A DNA stretch of 62,074 nucleotides, filler included, from Choristocarpus tenellus KU-1152 (Eukaryota; Protista; Phaeophyceae): assembly GCA_964200185.2 (NCBI GenBank). It is 8 parts of 8 records of this genome, joined end to end, with 100 filler letters (N's around TTAATTAATTAA, not from the genome) between each part and the next. Parts side by side here need not be neighbours in the genome. Positions count along the whole stretch, not along the records: positions 13,032 to 24,521 come from CAXNAD020002289.1; positions 24,622 to 28,272 come from CAXNAD020018734.1; 6 more parts are not named here. One strand, given 5' to 3'. A program made the translations under genes and the position numbers. Below, piece by piece: positions 12,932-26,378 of this stretch. Position 1 is the first letter of the stretch, and each line of letters starts with the position of its first letter. A model generated the notes under the pieces. The model worked only from the letters and a program-made list of their open reading frames with translations, had not been told where the DNA came from and did not search any database.

Positions 12932-14336
12932 NNNNNNNNNNNNNNNNNNNNNNNNNNNNNNNNNNNNNNNNNNNNTTAATTAATTAANNNNNNNNNNNNN
13001 NNNNNNNNNNNNNNNNNNNNNNNNNNNNNNNGTGCCCTCCACAAGCACCGAAATATTTTTGACCAAAAATATATATGCACTTTCCGCGCACCATTCCGGT
13101 TCTTGCCCATCCTCAAAAAAAAGCTCCATCCTCAATTTTGATGATCAGCTGTTATATGTATAAATAGCCCCTTTTGGGAGGCTGGACCCACCACTGGTTG
13201 CACATCAGACAGGGGAGGGGAGGGGACGGGGAAGTGTGGCGCAACTCCTTACGTCATTGCGCGCGAGGGAGCTTATTTTTATGTTGAAGTGAAATGTATG
13301 GCATCGCAATTTAACCTACATACTACAGGCTATGCTGCTATTATTGTAGTACATATAGTAGGGCTTCATATTATTGTGTTTGTGTAGGAGTTTTTTTTGT
13401 TCTTTTCCACTGGTTCGGTAGAGTTGTGTGACTGTGTTCTTCACAAAGTGTTCTCCACACTGTTCTATTGTACTATTAAAATACCACTTATTGTATTGGT
13501 ATTATTGTGAATTATCGTTGTGATTTTTCTTTCCTACGGGTTTCTTTTTTTCCTACATCATAATATGTGCAACACGTTTTATTTAGGGGGTATAAATAAT
13601 GAAATATTATATAGTAGAACTTCCAGAAATATCAGACTTGCCGTGTTACATGCAAACAGTAGTGAGAGAACGGATGGGCGGACAGTAAATACTTCCTTTT
13701 AGATAGTAATCATGTGAGATGAATGTAGGAATTTAGATAGCATGTACTGGTAATTTTCTTTTCTTTTTTTTTAGGATGTATTATTTCAGGAAGTAGAATG
13801 CATGAGTGCACGGGCAAGCCTACGCGCGAGGAAGAGAACTGATACAGGTAGCGAGGTGAATTAGGATGGTAAGAGTCAAACCAACTAAGGGAAAGGCAAG
13901 GTTGCATTCTAAGGATCCCGAGAATGGGCAATGGGATCAAATCCTGGCATTGTTATACATCAATCAAATGGTTAAACGCGCCATCAGTATACACAACCAT
14001 ATTTTAGTAACCATCGTGGTGAAGTCAAACACTGATCAGAGGGATAGGAACCCTTGGGCGAAACCTCACCGATCTAACAGCTTGCAACCTCTGGGATCAC
14101 CTTTTGCTAGAGCTTCAGTATATGCCTGACCTACCGAGAAAGCAGTAGGTTGACCATCTCCTCAGAAAACGGATTTACTAAATCCTAATAATTCCTAGTG
14201 GCTTTTCTACTCTTCAAGATTGTACGAGTATGCTCGAGCGAGGGGGCGATTATACGCACAAGGAAGATAGCCAGTGCAGGTAGTGTACAGGCACAAACGG
14301 ATAGGCGGGCACGTACATGGGAGGACCCAAATTTTC

Positions 14337-14581
14337 GAGCCAAATCAATTGAGGGGTAAGCAGGTTTAGACCCCTTTTATTTCCAAGAAATATTTCCTAC
14401 CCTGTCCAATACACTGTATTTCATTGCATTATGTACCCAATAGTGTACACAAAATTGATATTCCTCTTTCTACATACGAAGGGGCACCACAATACAGTAG
14501 TGAGTTTTTCACCGTTGTATAAAATAGCATGCTTTTGCCCTTTAATATGCAACCCTGCCTACCCCTCACTTGGTTTGGCTC
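14337..14581. mobile_element. MITE family D
   Basis: TIR GAGCCAAATCAATTGAGGGGTAAGCAGG vs reverse complement of the right end GAGCCAAACCAAGTGAGGGGTAGGCAGG; related ends at 13873 and 25541-25719. Confidence 0.75.
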
Positions 14582-15189
14582 TTTTGGGGGATAATATGAG
14601 ATGAAACGTGGCGAACGTTCAGCAGGTGAGGCGAAATGAATTCCAGGTATTTATTTCCCGCGTAGTAGTAGGAGTAGTCATTATCTTCCCGTTTTTGAGG
14701 ACCATGCTACTATCTATGCGGAATAACAATGGTAGTAACAAACGATATAATATAGGAATGTGAAACGTGACAAACTTCCAGTAGGTGAAATGAATGTATT
14801 TCTAGAGTAATTTTAGTAGTGTCTTTATTTTCACGATATTCTCTCTCATAAAAAAAAAAGTTCGTCAGTTTTCCTGATGTTCATGAAAACGTGGATTTTC
14901 CCTAGGATTAGACAGAGAGATACAAGGGAAAATGTTCTAGGACCGGTGAAAAATTACGCGTACTACCTCCATGTATGGGTTGTTTTGCAGATTCAGCCCT
15001 CCCAACAGTTAATTGTGGACTTCCCATCCTCCCCAATAATTTCGAATTTTGGTTCCTACGCGCTCCACCGACAGGATCAGTTCATAATTGAAGCTACTTC
15101 GTGCGTGTTGTTTTTCGCGTCTCCACCAGATAGATACAAACGTATACACTCCATGTAGGTTGCCACCTGGACCATTAAAAAAAAAAAAT

Positions 15190-16700
15190 TACCACCAATA
15201 AAATGTAAGTATCGACTCAATGGAAATACTTCAGGGAATTTCCAGGGCTCAAACCTTCCGATTATGACGGCAGGAAGGGGATTATATAATGAACGGTGAT
15301 GCAAGTCAAGCCCACCATGAGTTGGAAACTGTGACTACAGGTGTGGCGATCTGGAAAATATTTTTCAACCTATCGTTACACACGAGGCAGAGGATATCTG
15401 TGAATACAACCACAACCCCCCCGTCTTCCCTTCAACCCAGAGATGTCTCAATGAAAAATGTCTGACGTCGAAGAGGTTTGAGGTCATGAAACGCTTGCAG
15501 ATAATAGCGAAATGGTTATATTCTTCCACAGCAGAGATTTGTGACTTCAAGTATACGGATTCCTGCATGGTAGATTGTCCCTACGTCTGAAGGTTGTAGA
15601 GGAGCTCACCAATAAGATAAGGTGATCAGCAGCGAGCACAATCCAGGGAAATATTGAGTGATTGTGGCTACCTTCTTGAAGTCCATGAGTACTGCAGTGT
15701 GCTCGAAGCCTGAATTTGTTTGATTGCTTGATCTTTCAACTTGGTGAATGAATGATTTCGAAAGAAACTGATCACATAATCGTTAGCTCAATGCACATCT
15801 TCGAAAAATGTACGATCAACGCTCAGCTTACCCTAGAATGTTAGCCATATTTAGTCCGTAATATTCGTTCAACGTCACGCTGGAGCCGATTTGTCCTGTA
15901 ATGTTGCCATGTCCAGATCTGGTTGCTCTATAACATAAGAAGAAATACAACCCCTCAATACATTTGCTCAGTAACGTCTGTTCCTTGACACAACACTTGT
16001 ACCTAACAATATGTTTGTCAGGACAGTCATCAAGCATTGTTTGCTTCACAAATCTGTTCTAGAGCAAACGATTAGCACGTTCACCCTGAAACATCCATTT
16101 CTAAGACTATATGGTACGATCATTTGCATCATTAATAGCGTCTCCAAAATATTTTGGTCTTCTCAATCGTCCTCTCGTCAGAAGCTTCAAGACCAGAGAA
16201 GGCTATACGCGGAAAGGAAAAGGGTTGAGATTGGCATGTGGTCAGAAGAATAACACGAAATCAATGGACTATATATACATTTGAACAGCATCTTGATGAG
16301 GTCCTTCTTCTTCTCTAGATGAAAGCATCTGAAAATGTTCAGTCTACAATGTATGCTAAAGAAATTTCACTGCAATACACAACTTTAGCAATAAACGCGA
16401 AGTACAGTACTGTTGAATCGGGATGTGGTAGTTGGGAGTCACACAATGTGAGAGGTAGGCAGTGTAACATTTTAAGGAACCCAAGAAGTAAAACAAAATT
16501 GTCGATTTGTACAGTTGCTGTTGAAGGAGCCTTTGCTAAATTGTAGTACCACTTTGTGTGCGGAAAGGGGACAATCAATTCTGCCTACACTATAGTGCAC
16601 ATGAGGAAATGAACTACAGGGTAAGAAACACGACTTGGAATGCAAAAGGATTCAAAACTGTCTACCTCTCAATTGGTTTGGCTCTCGGACAGAGGGCACC
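15190..16700 (+). pseudogene. Possible hAT transposase relic
   Basis: STQWKYF (BED-finger start), TSRWS and STTLCAERG appear in the expected order; heavily interrupted. Confidence 0.4.
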
Positions 16701-17292
16701 AACATATATTCAGTTGCAGACTGCTCTATCACAGAACTATTACTGATATGCTCCAAAGTCTTAAAGAAGAGGTGATTGGGGATGTTCATATCGTGGAACA
16801 CGTCTTAAAAGTGCATGTATGCGGGTCACTCCCACTGAACTGATCCCACCTCCAACACAAAAATGCTGTTTCTCGAGAAAGGTGCCAGGCCTGACGTTCA
16901 AGGAAAAATTCTGGAGGCTTGACCCTTCGAAGAAGGACGCCTGGATTCAACTGCACGCTGAAGAAAAATGTCATAGTCTCAAAAGGGTCTTAGAGAAGGG
17001 TCACAAAGACTTCAAGCAAATGCCATTCCAAAGTCTAATCTTAAAACCCCGAGTAAATCCGGAACAAATATGTAACATATACAGCTCCTTCACAGATCCA
17101 GCTTTTTGAAAAAAAATCATCAGGTCGCACCTCGCTCACCGGATACCCCCCACACGCAGACGCACAACACGCACAAGAAAAAAATATTTTTTTCATTCGC
17201 AACCAACATCCTCAGTTGTTCAGTCCAGGACTTGTTTGTTGCCTACACCTCATACTTCCGAGATGGAAGAGAGTTGAAGTAAACAAGAGGCG

Positions 17293-17549
17293 GAGTGAAC
17301 GTATCTTAGAGGGTACGAGTTTTGCCCTGTTTGTCCGTTTGGGGCTTGGCTTCCCATGGACTTTTATGACATTTTCTTACTCCGAAGTGTTCCGGAGTAG
17401 GTAAGATGTATAGGTTATGAAAAGGTGTGTCCACAACAAGGAACTTGACACTTCCTAACAGACACGATAGCCAAAATTACATCGAAATCGCAACATTAGA
17501 TTCTTGCTCCCAAACTGACACAGCTCTACCCTCTAAGATACTTCGACTC
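17293..17549 (-). mobile_element. MITE family B copy (inverted)
   Basis: Reverse complement of family B; TSD ggcg/ggtg. Confidence 0.9.
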
Positions 17550-18251
17550 GGTGCCCAGATTTGAATTACAAGGACCTGTGGAGAGCAGGTTTGTTTGTTA
17601 TTATATCGTTATCGCCATATGTCATCTACCGATATACCATTATACCGATTGAGGTTTCCTTATTAGGAATCCCCGATTCAAGTGGAGGGTCTTACGAATA
17701 GTTGAGGTGTGGAATCTTTCAAGAGACCAATCCCACAGGTGTAATGGACATCTCTTCAACCAGAGATGTCGCACATCAAAGATCCTTTTGGTTTCACGTC
17801 TTGACTTTTGCGGTGATCCCCCTTTCGAAAGATTCTCATCACTCCACAATTTCCCTGGAAGGCCTTGCAGTCTTGCACTTGTCCAACCTTAACCTCGTCC
17901 TCTTGTTTACGGTTCGTCTTGGTCCGTCTGGTCCGTCTTGCACGGTGATTCTCTTCACCACCATTGCCTGAGTGGACCACGCCGCCACAAAATCACATGA
18001 TTCATAGACGCCACAAAAAATGTGCAAATTGAATTTTTTCAAATGTGTATGTGCCTTCTTTTTAATGGTGTCGAAACTTTCAAACAATAACGAAATCAGC
18101 CATCTCGAGTCAAACCTAACATTTCATCCATGGTCAAAAACAAATGCCGGCACCCGCCCCCCGGATACTTTGACCCCCATACCGATATAACAAAATATTA
18201 AGAAAAATACGAAAAAACAGTTCGAATACAAAAGGTCACAATTTGGGTACC

Positions 18252-19175
18252 TATTTTATTATTATGTACTCTGACATTTTGCACATATGTGTGAGGGGTA
18301 AAATCAACAAAAACTAGTAACATGTCAGAATAAACCCTATAAAAGTAATTGTTGTCATAAATATGAAAGACGTTCATCTATTAACTATTTTACTACCAGT
18401 ATGTTACACCGTTCCATTCCTGTGCCTCTAACCTAGCTCAGTCCTGTACTCCAGGGTGAGGGGCTAAGGAGACATCCCACTAATTTAACAAGCCCCTTTT
18501 TGCCCATCTCCCTGGTGCCTCCACCTTATGCGCATGGCTACCTATCTTGTGACAGAAACTATCTGTCGTAGACGGACTTTGACAGCCTCCTTCCTGCTAC
18601 AACCTCCTGACCCTCTCCCCCCTATCGTGTGCGTACCTAGCTCATCCATAAAATTTTCCACTTGCTTGCCGAGGCACCCAAAATTTTCCAATATGAAGTT
18701 GTTGAGGTTGCAACTACGAGGATTAAAAGAGCCCCCATAGTAGGTGCGCTTTCGTGCCTCAGCTGCTGCAGCAGCTACACCATTGCTGGTGGATTAGTGG
18801 GGAAGGTGGGAAGTTGCCTGCACTTCTGCGAACGTAACATCTAGCAGGAGGCCTTTGTCTTGGTAGGGGGTTGATCCAGCGTCCGCGAGAGCCCCTGTAT
18901 GGAAGACCAGATCCATGCGGAAATTCCTGTCCACTGTGAAGGGGCTACTGTCCTCCATAATGCAAGGGATGCCCATTACTTTGCATAGTTGACTGAGACA
19001 TTTCACCATAGGGGTGTGTGGTCGAACCTGGTCTCCTACCTTGGGGCAGGTATGGGCATTTCTGGTGTCAACACTTCGCCTCCTGCACCTAGTCACCGGG
19101 CACCTGTTTGGCAGGGCCCCCTCTCTCCCTAGGGATCTGCTGGCGGTGATTTTAAACCCGGTGGGGGGGTATTGT
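18252..19175 (-). mobile_element. CRE-clade-like LINE, 5'-truncated copy
   Basis: ORF 18794-19291 (RCPVTRC..HTC, NFRMDL, KGLLLDV) is homologous to 51480-51900; same 3' UTR and tail. Confidence 0.85.
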
Positions 19176-19725
19176 TTACTTTCACAAAGAAGGTAATGTG
19201 CATTATTCGGTTTGGGAAACAGGCTGATTTCTACCACCTCGAAGCCTTTAGTGTAGACGGGAACGAACCTAGTGGCATTCCATTCATTCAAGATGAGACA
19301 GGAAGGTTACCACGAGAACCAGAAATCTATTCTTGGGCGACGGATGAGACGTTTCCGAGCACACTACTGAATACAAAATCGACCAAGTTCGGTCCAAGTG
19401 TCCATCAATAACTCGCTCAGTTTACTGCGTTCTTGTGTTCGTTCTTATGTTCCACTTGCTGATGAGAGACGATTGTTGGGGAAGTGAGGGGTACCATACG
19501 CTCTCTGGCTAAGCGAGAGGCTGTGGGCCTAAATGAACATCCAGTGGAACTCCAGAAGAAGCTGAGACTAGATGGGGACCCTCTTCCCCTGGAGATCTTT
19601 CACAGCATCGTTCTTGCTGTGTGGCGCGGTCGGAGGAGGCCCCTCTAGAAGTGGAAGGACGTTATCCCTTAACCCATCCACAAGAAGAAGGATCGAGAAC
19701 GGACTGCGGAGACTGCAGGGAGACA
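19176..19725 (+). mobile_element. RTE-clade LINE fragment (pre-RT/RT start)
   Basis: IQDETGRL, TLLNTKS, IRSLAKREAVG, FHSIVLAVWRG, WKD..IHKKKDR..CG. Confidence 0.75.
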
Positions 19726-20599
19726 AAGTGAACGAGAGTCACAACAGTTTTTTTACATTTTGCACTATAATCCAGTTTTTTAATCTTTTGCAATTCATCC
19801 ATACTTCTATGGAGGCAATGCTAGGTTGGATTTGTGAAGGTTGATTTCTCTATTGTTTGAAACGTTTCGACAAATTCGGAAAATGTCCCTACACGCGGTT
19901 GAAAAAATAAGTCGAATTTTGCACAGATTTACAGGCATCCTTAAAATACAACTCTGGTACCTGTCGTTTACTTTGAGTCAGAGATATCTCGTGGATGGTA
20001 ACGCAAACGCTGCAGGTAAATTACTCGTTGTTGAACAGTCCTTGGGAACTTGTCGCTGAGAAGGAGGGGGTAAGTAATAATTGCAGAGGAGCAATGTGGA
20101 TATTCCGACCCCTAGACGATCGACCATTGGCAACGTCACATGATGTTCTCGGCACTTATCTTGCTGGAACTAAGAGGCGAGAGAAGATAAAGGTCCCGTT
20201 GTACTATATGTTTTTTATTTGACCTGTGGGAGGAATATGACTCTGTTGGTGGAGACCTATAGATAGTACTGACCATATTTGGCATGCCAACTGATAAGGT
20301 TATTTTTTTTTGTCGATTTGGTGTTGGAATGCGGGTTTGTGAGCAAATGGAGATGATGGGAGATGCTCCACCTGGTTCTTTCATTATTGAACAAGGCCGT
20401 CATCCAGGTTGTGTTCTTGTCTCATTGCTGTTGCTGTTGCTGTTGCTGTTGCTGATTCCTCTCCTATTTGCTGAGTACAGCGCATACCAAAGCATTGGAG
20501 AGTTTCAGCACCGAAGAGGATATCCCTGAAGAATATATATATATATATATATTAATCTACACCAGGAATCCTTAAGAAGAAAACACCAGACCCTTAGGC

Positions 20600-21890
20600 T
20601 CTTGGGGGAGGGCACCAAGAGATGATGCCTTTACTGTTGATGCTATTATGGTGTATGTTGCATGCTGGTGATGGAGGCGTTGTGTTCAATGGCTCCAGAG
20701 AGTTTGACCTAGATGATGACCATCAACGTCACAGCATGCGAGGTATTTGGACTGGCTTGTTGGTAAAAGGGATTGAGGCACGCGTGGACATCACTGGTGG
20801 AGCAGCAAACGCAGTTTGGAGTAGCTAGTCAGATCGGTAAGAGGGATTCACAAGCGGTATTGAGCAACAAGGAACGAGGTGTATCATGGATATGTCTTGC
20901 TATTTCATCTGTACTCTTATATTATGTGTTGCAGTGTTAGAAGTACGGGAGTAAGTGGATCGATATGTACATATGCACTTGGTGGTGAGTCAACGCCCCA
21001 CCCTCTGTCTTTGTAGTCCGATGTAGTGTAGAGACCAAATATCAATGGCGGTGTGTACACACTCCTGATCTAGTATATCATCAAAGGAAGTACACTCATG
21101 CGACACATCATCTCCAAGTAGATATTGTCAAACAGGCTGAGTCAGAGAAAAAGACGGAGACCATGTCCATCCGGATCCCCAACACGCTGACATAGGAAAT
21201 ACAGGTTGAGGTTGAAAGACAACGGTATCAGCATATTGCCAAGTGTATCAGAGGTTCACTATGTGATATAATTGTTGATGTCACGACCACAGATATCCAA
21301 CTTTATATCCAGAAGGTATGGGGGTGTTTAAAAAAAGCACAGCAAATAATATGCGACTGAAGAGCTGTAGGCGTACCACTTGACCTAAATATTTGGACCG
21401 TCAAAGTTGGAGTGCTCGAGACTCTGTTGTGTATGAACTGCATGACGAGAAACCTCAAATAGAACCACCACACCCAGCTTCGTGGCCAATAATGCACCTT
21501 CCTACACCACTGCATTGGGTTCCACAAATGGCAAGGTACTGACCACTCCATGTCTCACAGAGTTCTATCCTCTCAAATACCTCAGATATGGTGAGTGCAT
21601 TGAGACCATTATCTGTATTTGGAGGCTGCTATCTTGTGGGTTTCATGTCGCAGATGGATATAGATCACTTCCCCAAGAACCTCATGATTGCAGAACATCT
21701 GGTTGATATACCAAAGAGGGAGAAGGTAAATCCAGAGAAAGACTGTTGGTGGTGCCTCCAACATGACCTTAAGAATAATTTCGACATTAGATGCAGCTAA
21801 TCGGTGAGTTCACTTGTAGAAGACTCAAAACAGGTGGCACAGATGTGTGGAGGATGTAGTAGAATGCTTCCATTGACGCATATCATATCG
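20600..21890 (+). pseudogene. Possible piggyBac transposase relic
   Basis: C-terminal CWWC...CGGC..CFH Cys-rich pattern, with DNGI and GMGV-like motifs upstream; very degenerate. Confidence 0.3.
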
Positions 21891-22145
21891 CTGAGATCGA
21901 AGCAGGTACAGCCCGTCACAGGAAGAGGAAAGTGGTCTTGACCACCTGATACGTGTGGTAATGTCTGGTTGGGCTCCTTCTCTACTTCCTCGCTCCTGTT
22001 TGCCTTCTTTTTTTCTTCTTTTGGAAGGGAAGGGGACTGAGTTCTTTGTTGCCTGGCGTTGAACACTCTTCTTGGTGTTGATGGTCACAGCTTGTATCTA
22101 ATGGGTGTAAGGAGTCAGAACGTAGATTATCTGAAATGCATGCGG

Positions 22146-22146
<1 letters not shown>

Positions 22147-22196
<50 letters not shown>

Positions 22197-22230
22197 TGTG
22201 AGTGTGTGTCTGTCTCTGTCTGTCTGTCTG
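22147..22230. repeat. (TG)n/(TCTG)n microsatellite
   Basis: Direct reading. Confidence 0.95.
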
Positions 22231-22795
22231 TCTATTTCTCTTTGCACCCCTTCTTAATTCAAGTGTGGCCTTGATGTTGGAGGTGATTTTTTTTAAATGT
22301 GTTTTTTTTTAAATGTGCTTTTTTTCTCTTCATCTTCTGTCGGTCGACTTGATAGATAGATGTGCCTTTTTGAGGGGGCATGGGTTCCCTATTTCGCCTT
22401 ATTCTCTTGTGGATTTGCCTTTTGCTTACCACAGCAGTACAGTACTAGTAGGATCAATATTAGTTTTGATTATTACTATCTTCTGGTGTACGTTGCTTCG
22501 TTCTTGACAGTTAAAGTTAATTGCTCATCATCTTTCAAACATCACATTGGTTGACAACTTACTATAGTGGTACGAATAGTTCGCCATCTGGGGTTGCCCA
22601 GTCATAACTTTCGATGTAGACACCAGATTAAAACAATAAAAGCATATTCATGATGCCTGTCACAACGCCTTCTAGAGTACGGGCTTCGTTTTTTCGGTCA
22701 TTTTTTTTCTTTTTTTGAAGAAAGAACGGTCATATTGGGGTTCGAACCCTGGATTGTAGGTCACGAAGAGTGGCAACAGATGCACTATTACTTTA

Positions 22796-23250
22796 TTAAA
22801 GTATAGGGTTTAGACGGGAAAAAACCTCTCCACCCTTGTTTCCTTTATGTTCGCGCACCCACTCTTTGACCTCGGCAAGGATGTCCTCGTCGAGGCCTAG
22901 AACGAAACGCCTCTCGTATCGCCCTTGCTCCGACACCTTCATGTGGTCCTTAGATAGAAAGTCTCTCTCCCAGTTACTCATAGACTCTGACCTGATCATC
23001 GCATATCCTGCTGCCATCTTGAGTGCCGTTTGACGGTCTTTCCCATCGTTCATACACAGGTATAGAATTCACAGTGTTAGAGCCTTTGCTATTACACTTC
23101 CTCGTTGAGCACCGGAAATGGGCGTTTTCTGTGTTTCCTGGGCGGGTTATATTTATCAAGGCGCAAGGGCGAGGGAGGACAGGCTTGAGTTGGTCGAAAA
23201 TTGTGTTGATTTCTCGAATGAATGCAGGAGGGGAGAAAGCCTTCATTAAA
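22796..23250 (-). pseudogene. N-terminal fragment of a probable HCELN-type transposase
   Basis: NWERDF..SEQGRYERRFVLGLDEDILAEVKEWVREHKG resembles, from recall, the N-terminal region of this transposase family. Confidence 0.5.
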
Positions 23251-24276
23251 TTTTACGTCCAACCCTAAGTCCAGGAACAAAAGTGAATGTACGGCACCTT
23301 GCAAGAAGTGGGGTAGACACCGAACCATCGGTGTGCAAATAGTCTCAATCTCACCTCCTTTTCTTCCCTGGCATCCTCGTCGATCGCTACCTCTGTTAAG
23401 AAAATGCTTTTTATTCATGTGTAAAAGAAGATTCTGTTGAAGAAACAATCTAAGGATGAAGAGACTGTTTGTGTTCTGAAGAATAGAAGATAAGGTTGGG
23501 TTTCAGGAACTAGAATATGGAAAACTTCAGGAATAGGAAGCATTATGGAAAGTAATCTGTGACTAGTTTGATTAGTCATTCATAGAATAGAATTGAAAAA
23601 GGAACACCCCCAATGGCCTGTTCATAACCACAAAATATACAACTATTATTTAATAAGGGCACAACATTCCTTAGAGGCGGTTGTTCTTGTTGGGCTATTG
23701 TGAAGTTGTTATACAACCGAAAAAAGAATAGCTTCAAAGGACCATACCTTCTTGGTCAAGAGAGGATAGGTGTGCATCCCTTCCATGAGAATCGGGCTCG
23801 TCTATGGCTATCCCTGTGCGCCGTACGTGACGCTGAATGCTGGGCGTGTCGGAAGGTAAAAATACGACAAGACTTCCACTTCGTGCAAGGTGATCAGGTG
23901 CGTACGGCTGGAGAATGATGTGAGCCGACGGCGACATGCCATCCTCTCCGGGCCTCACTCGATGTGCAAAAATTTTTCTCCCTCTCCTTCTGTTTGTTTG
24001 TCCTGTCCCGTTTCCAACTTGCCCACCCGATGCAGAAATCCCGCGATCAACTGAGAGGCTTAGTCCAACCAATGAACGCCGCAATACCTCCAAAGGGAAC
24101 CAGAAGGCGAGTCCCCATACAAGAAACGTTCACCCTTCGTGCAGCCTGCACTGGAGCGTCTCTGGATGACCAATATCGCAAACACGCCGTCATGATTTAG
24201 CGCCTTTGGCAGGTCTTGCGGCTATCATTCGTTCACGTAGCATGTATTAGCATGTGGCTGAGACATGATAGGGTAA

Positions 24277-24494
24277 ACACCACCTGTCAATGGTGGTGAC
24301 ACCAGCAATTTTAGATTCGATGCCCTGTAATTATATGCATTTCCAACCATGTACACACCACCTGTTAATGGTGGTGATACCAGCATTCTTAGATTCGATG
24401 CCCTGTAATTATATGCGTTTCCAACCATGTACTAACCACCTGTCAATTTTGGTAATACCAGCATTCTCCGATTCGAAGCCCTGTAATTATTTGC
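24277..24494. repeat. 78-bp tandem repeat, ~2.8 units
   Basis: ACCACCTGT(C/T)AAT...GATTCGA..CCCTGTAATTAT at 24277, 24355, ~24433. Confidence 0.9.
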
Positions 24495-24621
24495 AGGTCA
24501 ATTTATCTGGGGGGGGGGGGGNNNNNNNNNNNNNNNNNNNNNNNNNNNNNNNNNNNNNNNNNNNNTTAATTAATTAANNNNNNNNNNNNNNNNNNNNNNN
24601 NNNNNNNNNNNNNNNNNNNNN

Positions 24622-24692
24622 AATCCCCTCAGAAGCCAAGCCCCAAATGGACAAACAGGGCAAAACTCGTACCCTCTAAGATACTTTCACTC
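24622..24692 (+). mobile_element. MITE family B 3' fragment at contig start
   Basis: AAGCCCCAAATGGACAAACAGGGCAAAACTCGTACCCTCTAAGATACTTTCACTC. Confidence 0.85.
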
Positions 24693-25540
24693 ATGGTATA
24701 GGTAGAAGTACCAAATCTTTTGTGCTCGCCACATGGTCCATAGAAACCAGATCTGCTTAAAAAGAACTTCTGACCTGGACCTTTTTCGGACCTACCAATC
24801 CAACGATTAAATAACATAGTAAAATACATTGTGTTAGGACTGGGTTTGTTGTTAGTGTAGTGAATCGCGTTAGTTAAGTCAACTCGTTTGATTAAATGGA
24901 GGAAATTATTGGGATCATAACTGGAAAAGTTAAGTGTTCATTTAAAATAATGATTTTGAGCAGTAGAGACGCAGACAAGTCACACAATTTGTGACCCTGT
25001 TCACCGTAACAACCACAAGTCTCACTACTCACAATTTTCCTGACACACCTCCATGAGTATGAATCTTCCTGAACCCTGTGGAAGGTATTATGGGTTTTAG
25101 AGACCTTAGGCATCTGTGGCTGCACGTGCTTCTCCCCTCGTGGGGATTATGATGGTGAGAAAGAAGATCAACAAGAGGATGGGAACAAGGTGGAACAGAG
25201 TCTGATGAGGCCCAGGTCACAATCACTGCACAGCAAAATATGGTAAACCGTATGCAATTATGGCAAAGATGAGATCCGTTGTGTGGAACTCTCCAGTTTG
25301 TCATTATTTGACGATGTAACGTGATATTTAGACTCGCCAACATGGCGATATATGTGGTAACTGTGTGGGGAATGGTGACTTTGCAAGCACTGATATTCAG
25401 ATGGGTAGCTCCAGGTCAACCACAAACCTGAGGAACAACCTCGAGGGGTGCAAGTGTGGGCACAGGGAGGCTTTTTTAGATTTTAGGGAGAGCATGAAGA
25501 AGGGAGAGACAAGGGATCAGGGTCAGGCACGTAGGGGATT

Positions 25541-25719
25541 GAGTCAAACTAACTGAGAAGTTGGCAGGGTTGCATTTTAAGGATCCTGAGAAAGGGCCAA
25601 AATCGATTTTGGTAGATTATTGTGCACATAAAGCAATCAAATATAGTGTAATTGAACAAGGGTAAGAAATGGTGCTGGTTGGAATGCAGAAGGGTCCAAA
25701 CCTGCCTATCTCTCAATTG
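25541..25719. mobile_element. MITE family D related copy
   Basis: GAGTCAAACTAACTGAGAAGTTGGCAGGGTTGCA ... CCTGCCTATCTCTCAATTGGTTTTGCTTC; the 5' part also matches 13873-13960. Confidence 0.6.
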
Positions 25720-26127
25720 GTTTTGCTTCTTGTCAACATTTTCTTCATTCATGGCAAAGACTTCGGATTGGGTTTCCCTTGTGTGTTGCTTTGGGGTAAC
25801 ACAGTCTTACACCCCGCATCATTTCGCCTTTTCCCGACTCTTACTTATTTTTGTGTCATCTCTGCCACACTACTCTTGTGTGTCGAGCATGCTCCCCCAT
25901 ATAGCTATCATTTTTATTGCCGTGTGATGTTCTGTGGTGCATCAAAGTTTACACGTCAACAACTCAACAACACTAATCCCGACACAGACAGGTGGTGGAG
26001 TGTGGTCATTTTAAAAAGCTGATCCACACCCACAATGGAAGGGCCGTACCCGATTGTCGTTGACTCGTCGACTATTGTGTCAGGTATACTTGTGTAACTG
26101 CTAGTCATTCTTTGTCTCATTTGTTCA

Positions 26128-26378
26128 TTTTTATTATTTTTATGCCCTCTAACATTTTGCAGATGATGTGTCAGGGGAAAAACTAATGAAAACTATTCAC
26201 ATGTCAGAAGAATCCCTGAAGACGTAACGGTTGTCACAAGTGTGAAAAACATGAATCTAGCTGCTATTTTACTACTACTATGTTGTATCACTATCTTCCT
26301 GTGTCTCTAACCTACCTATTCCTGCACCCCAGGTTGAATAGCTAGGGAAGTATCCCAAGAATCTAACAAGCACCTCCT
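26128..26378 (-). mobile_element. 3' UTR-only copy of the CRE-like LINE
   Basis: Aligns by eye with 18252-18500 and with the reverse complement of 52500-52750; a further fragment is at 50596-50639. Confidence 0.7.

Noticed and set aside
22735-22795. B-box-like GGTTCGAACCC, possible tRNA or SINE
   Set aside because: No cloverleaf or clear A-box, and no second copy in the window
24277-24494. Regular repeat resembling a CRISPR array
   Set aside because: Whole 78-bp units are repeated with no unique spacers; eukaryotic context with no cas genes
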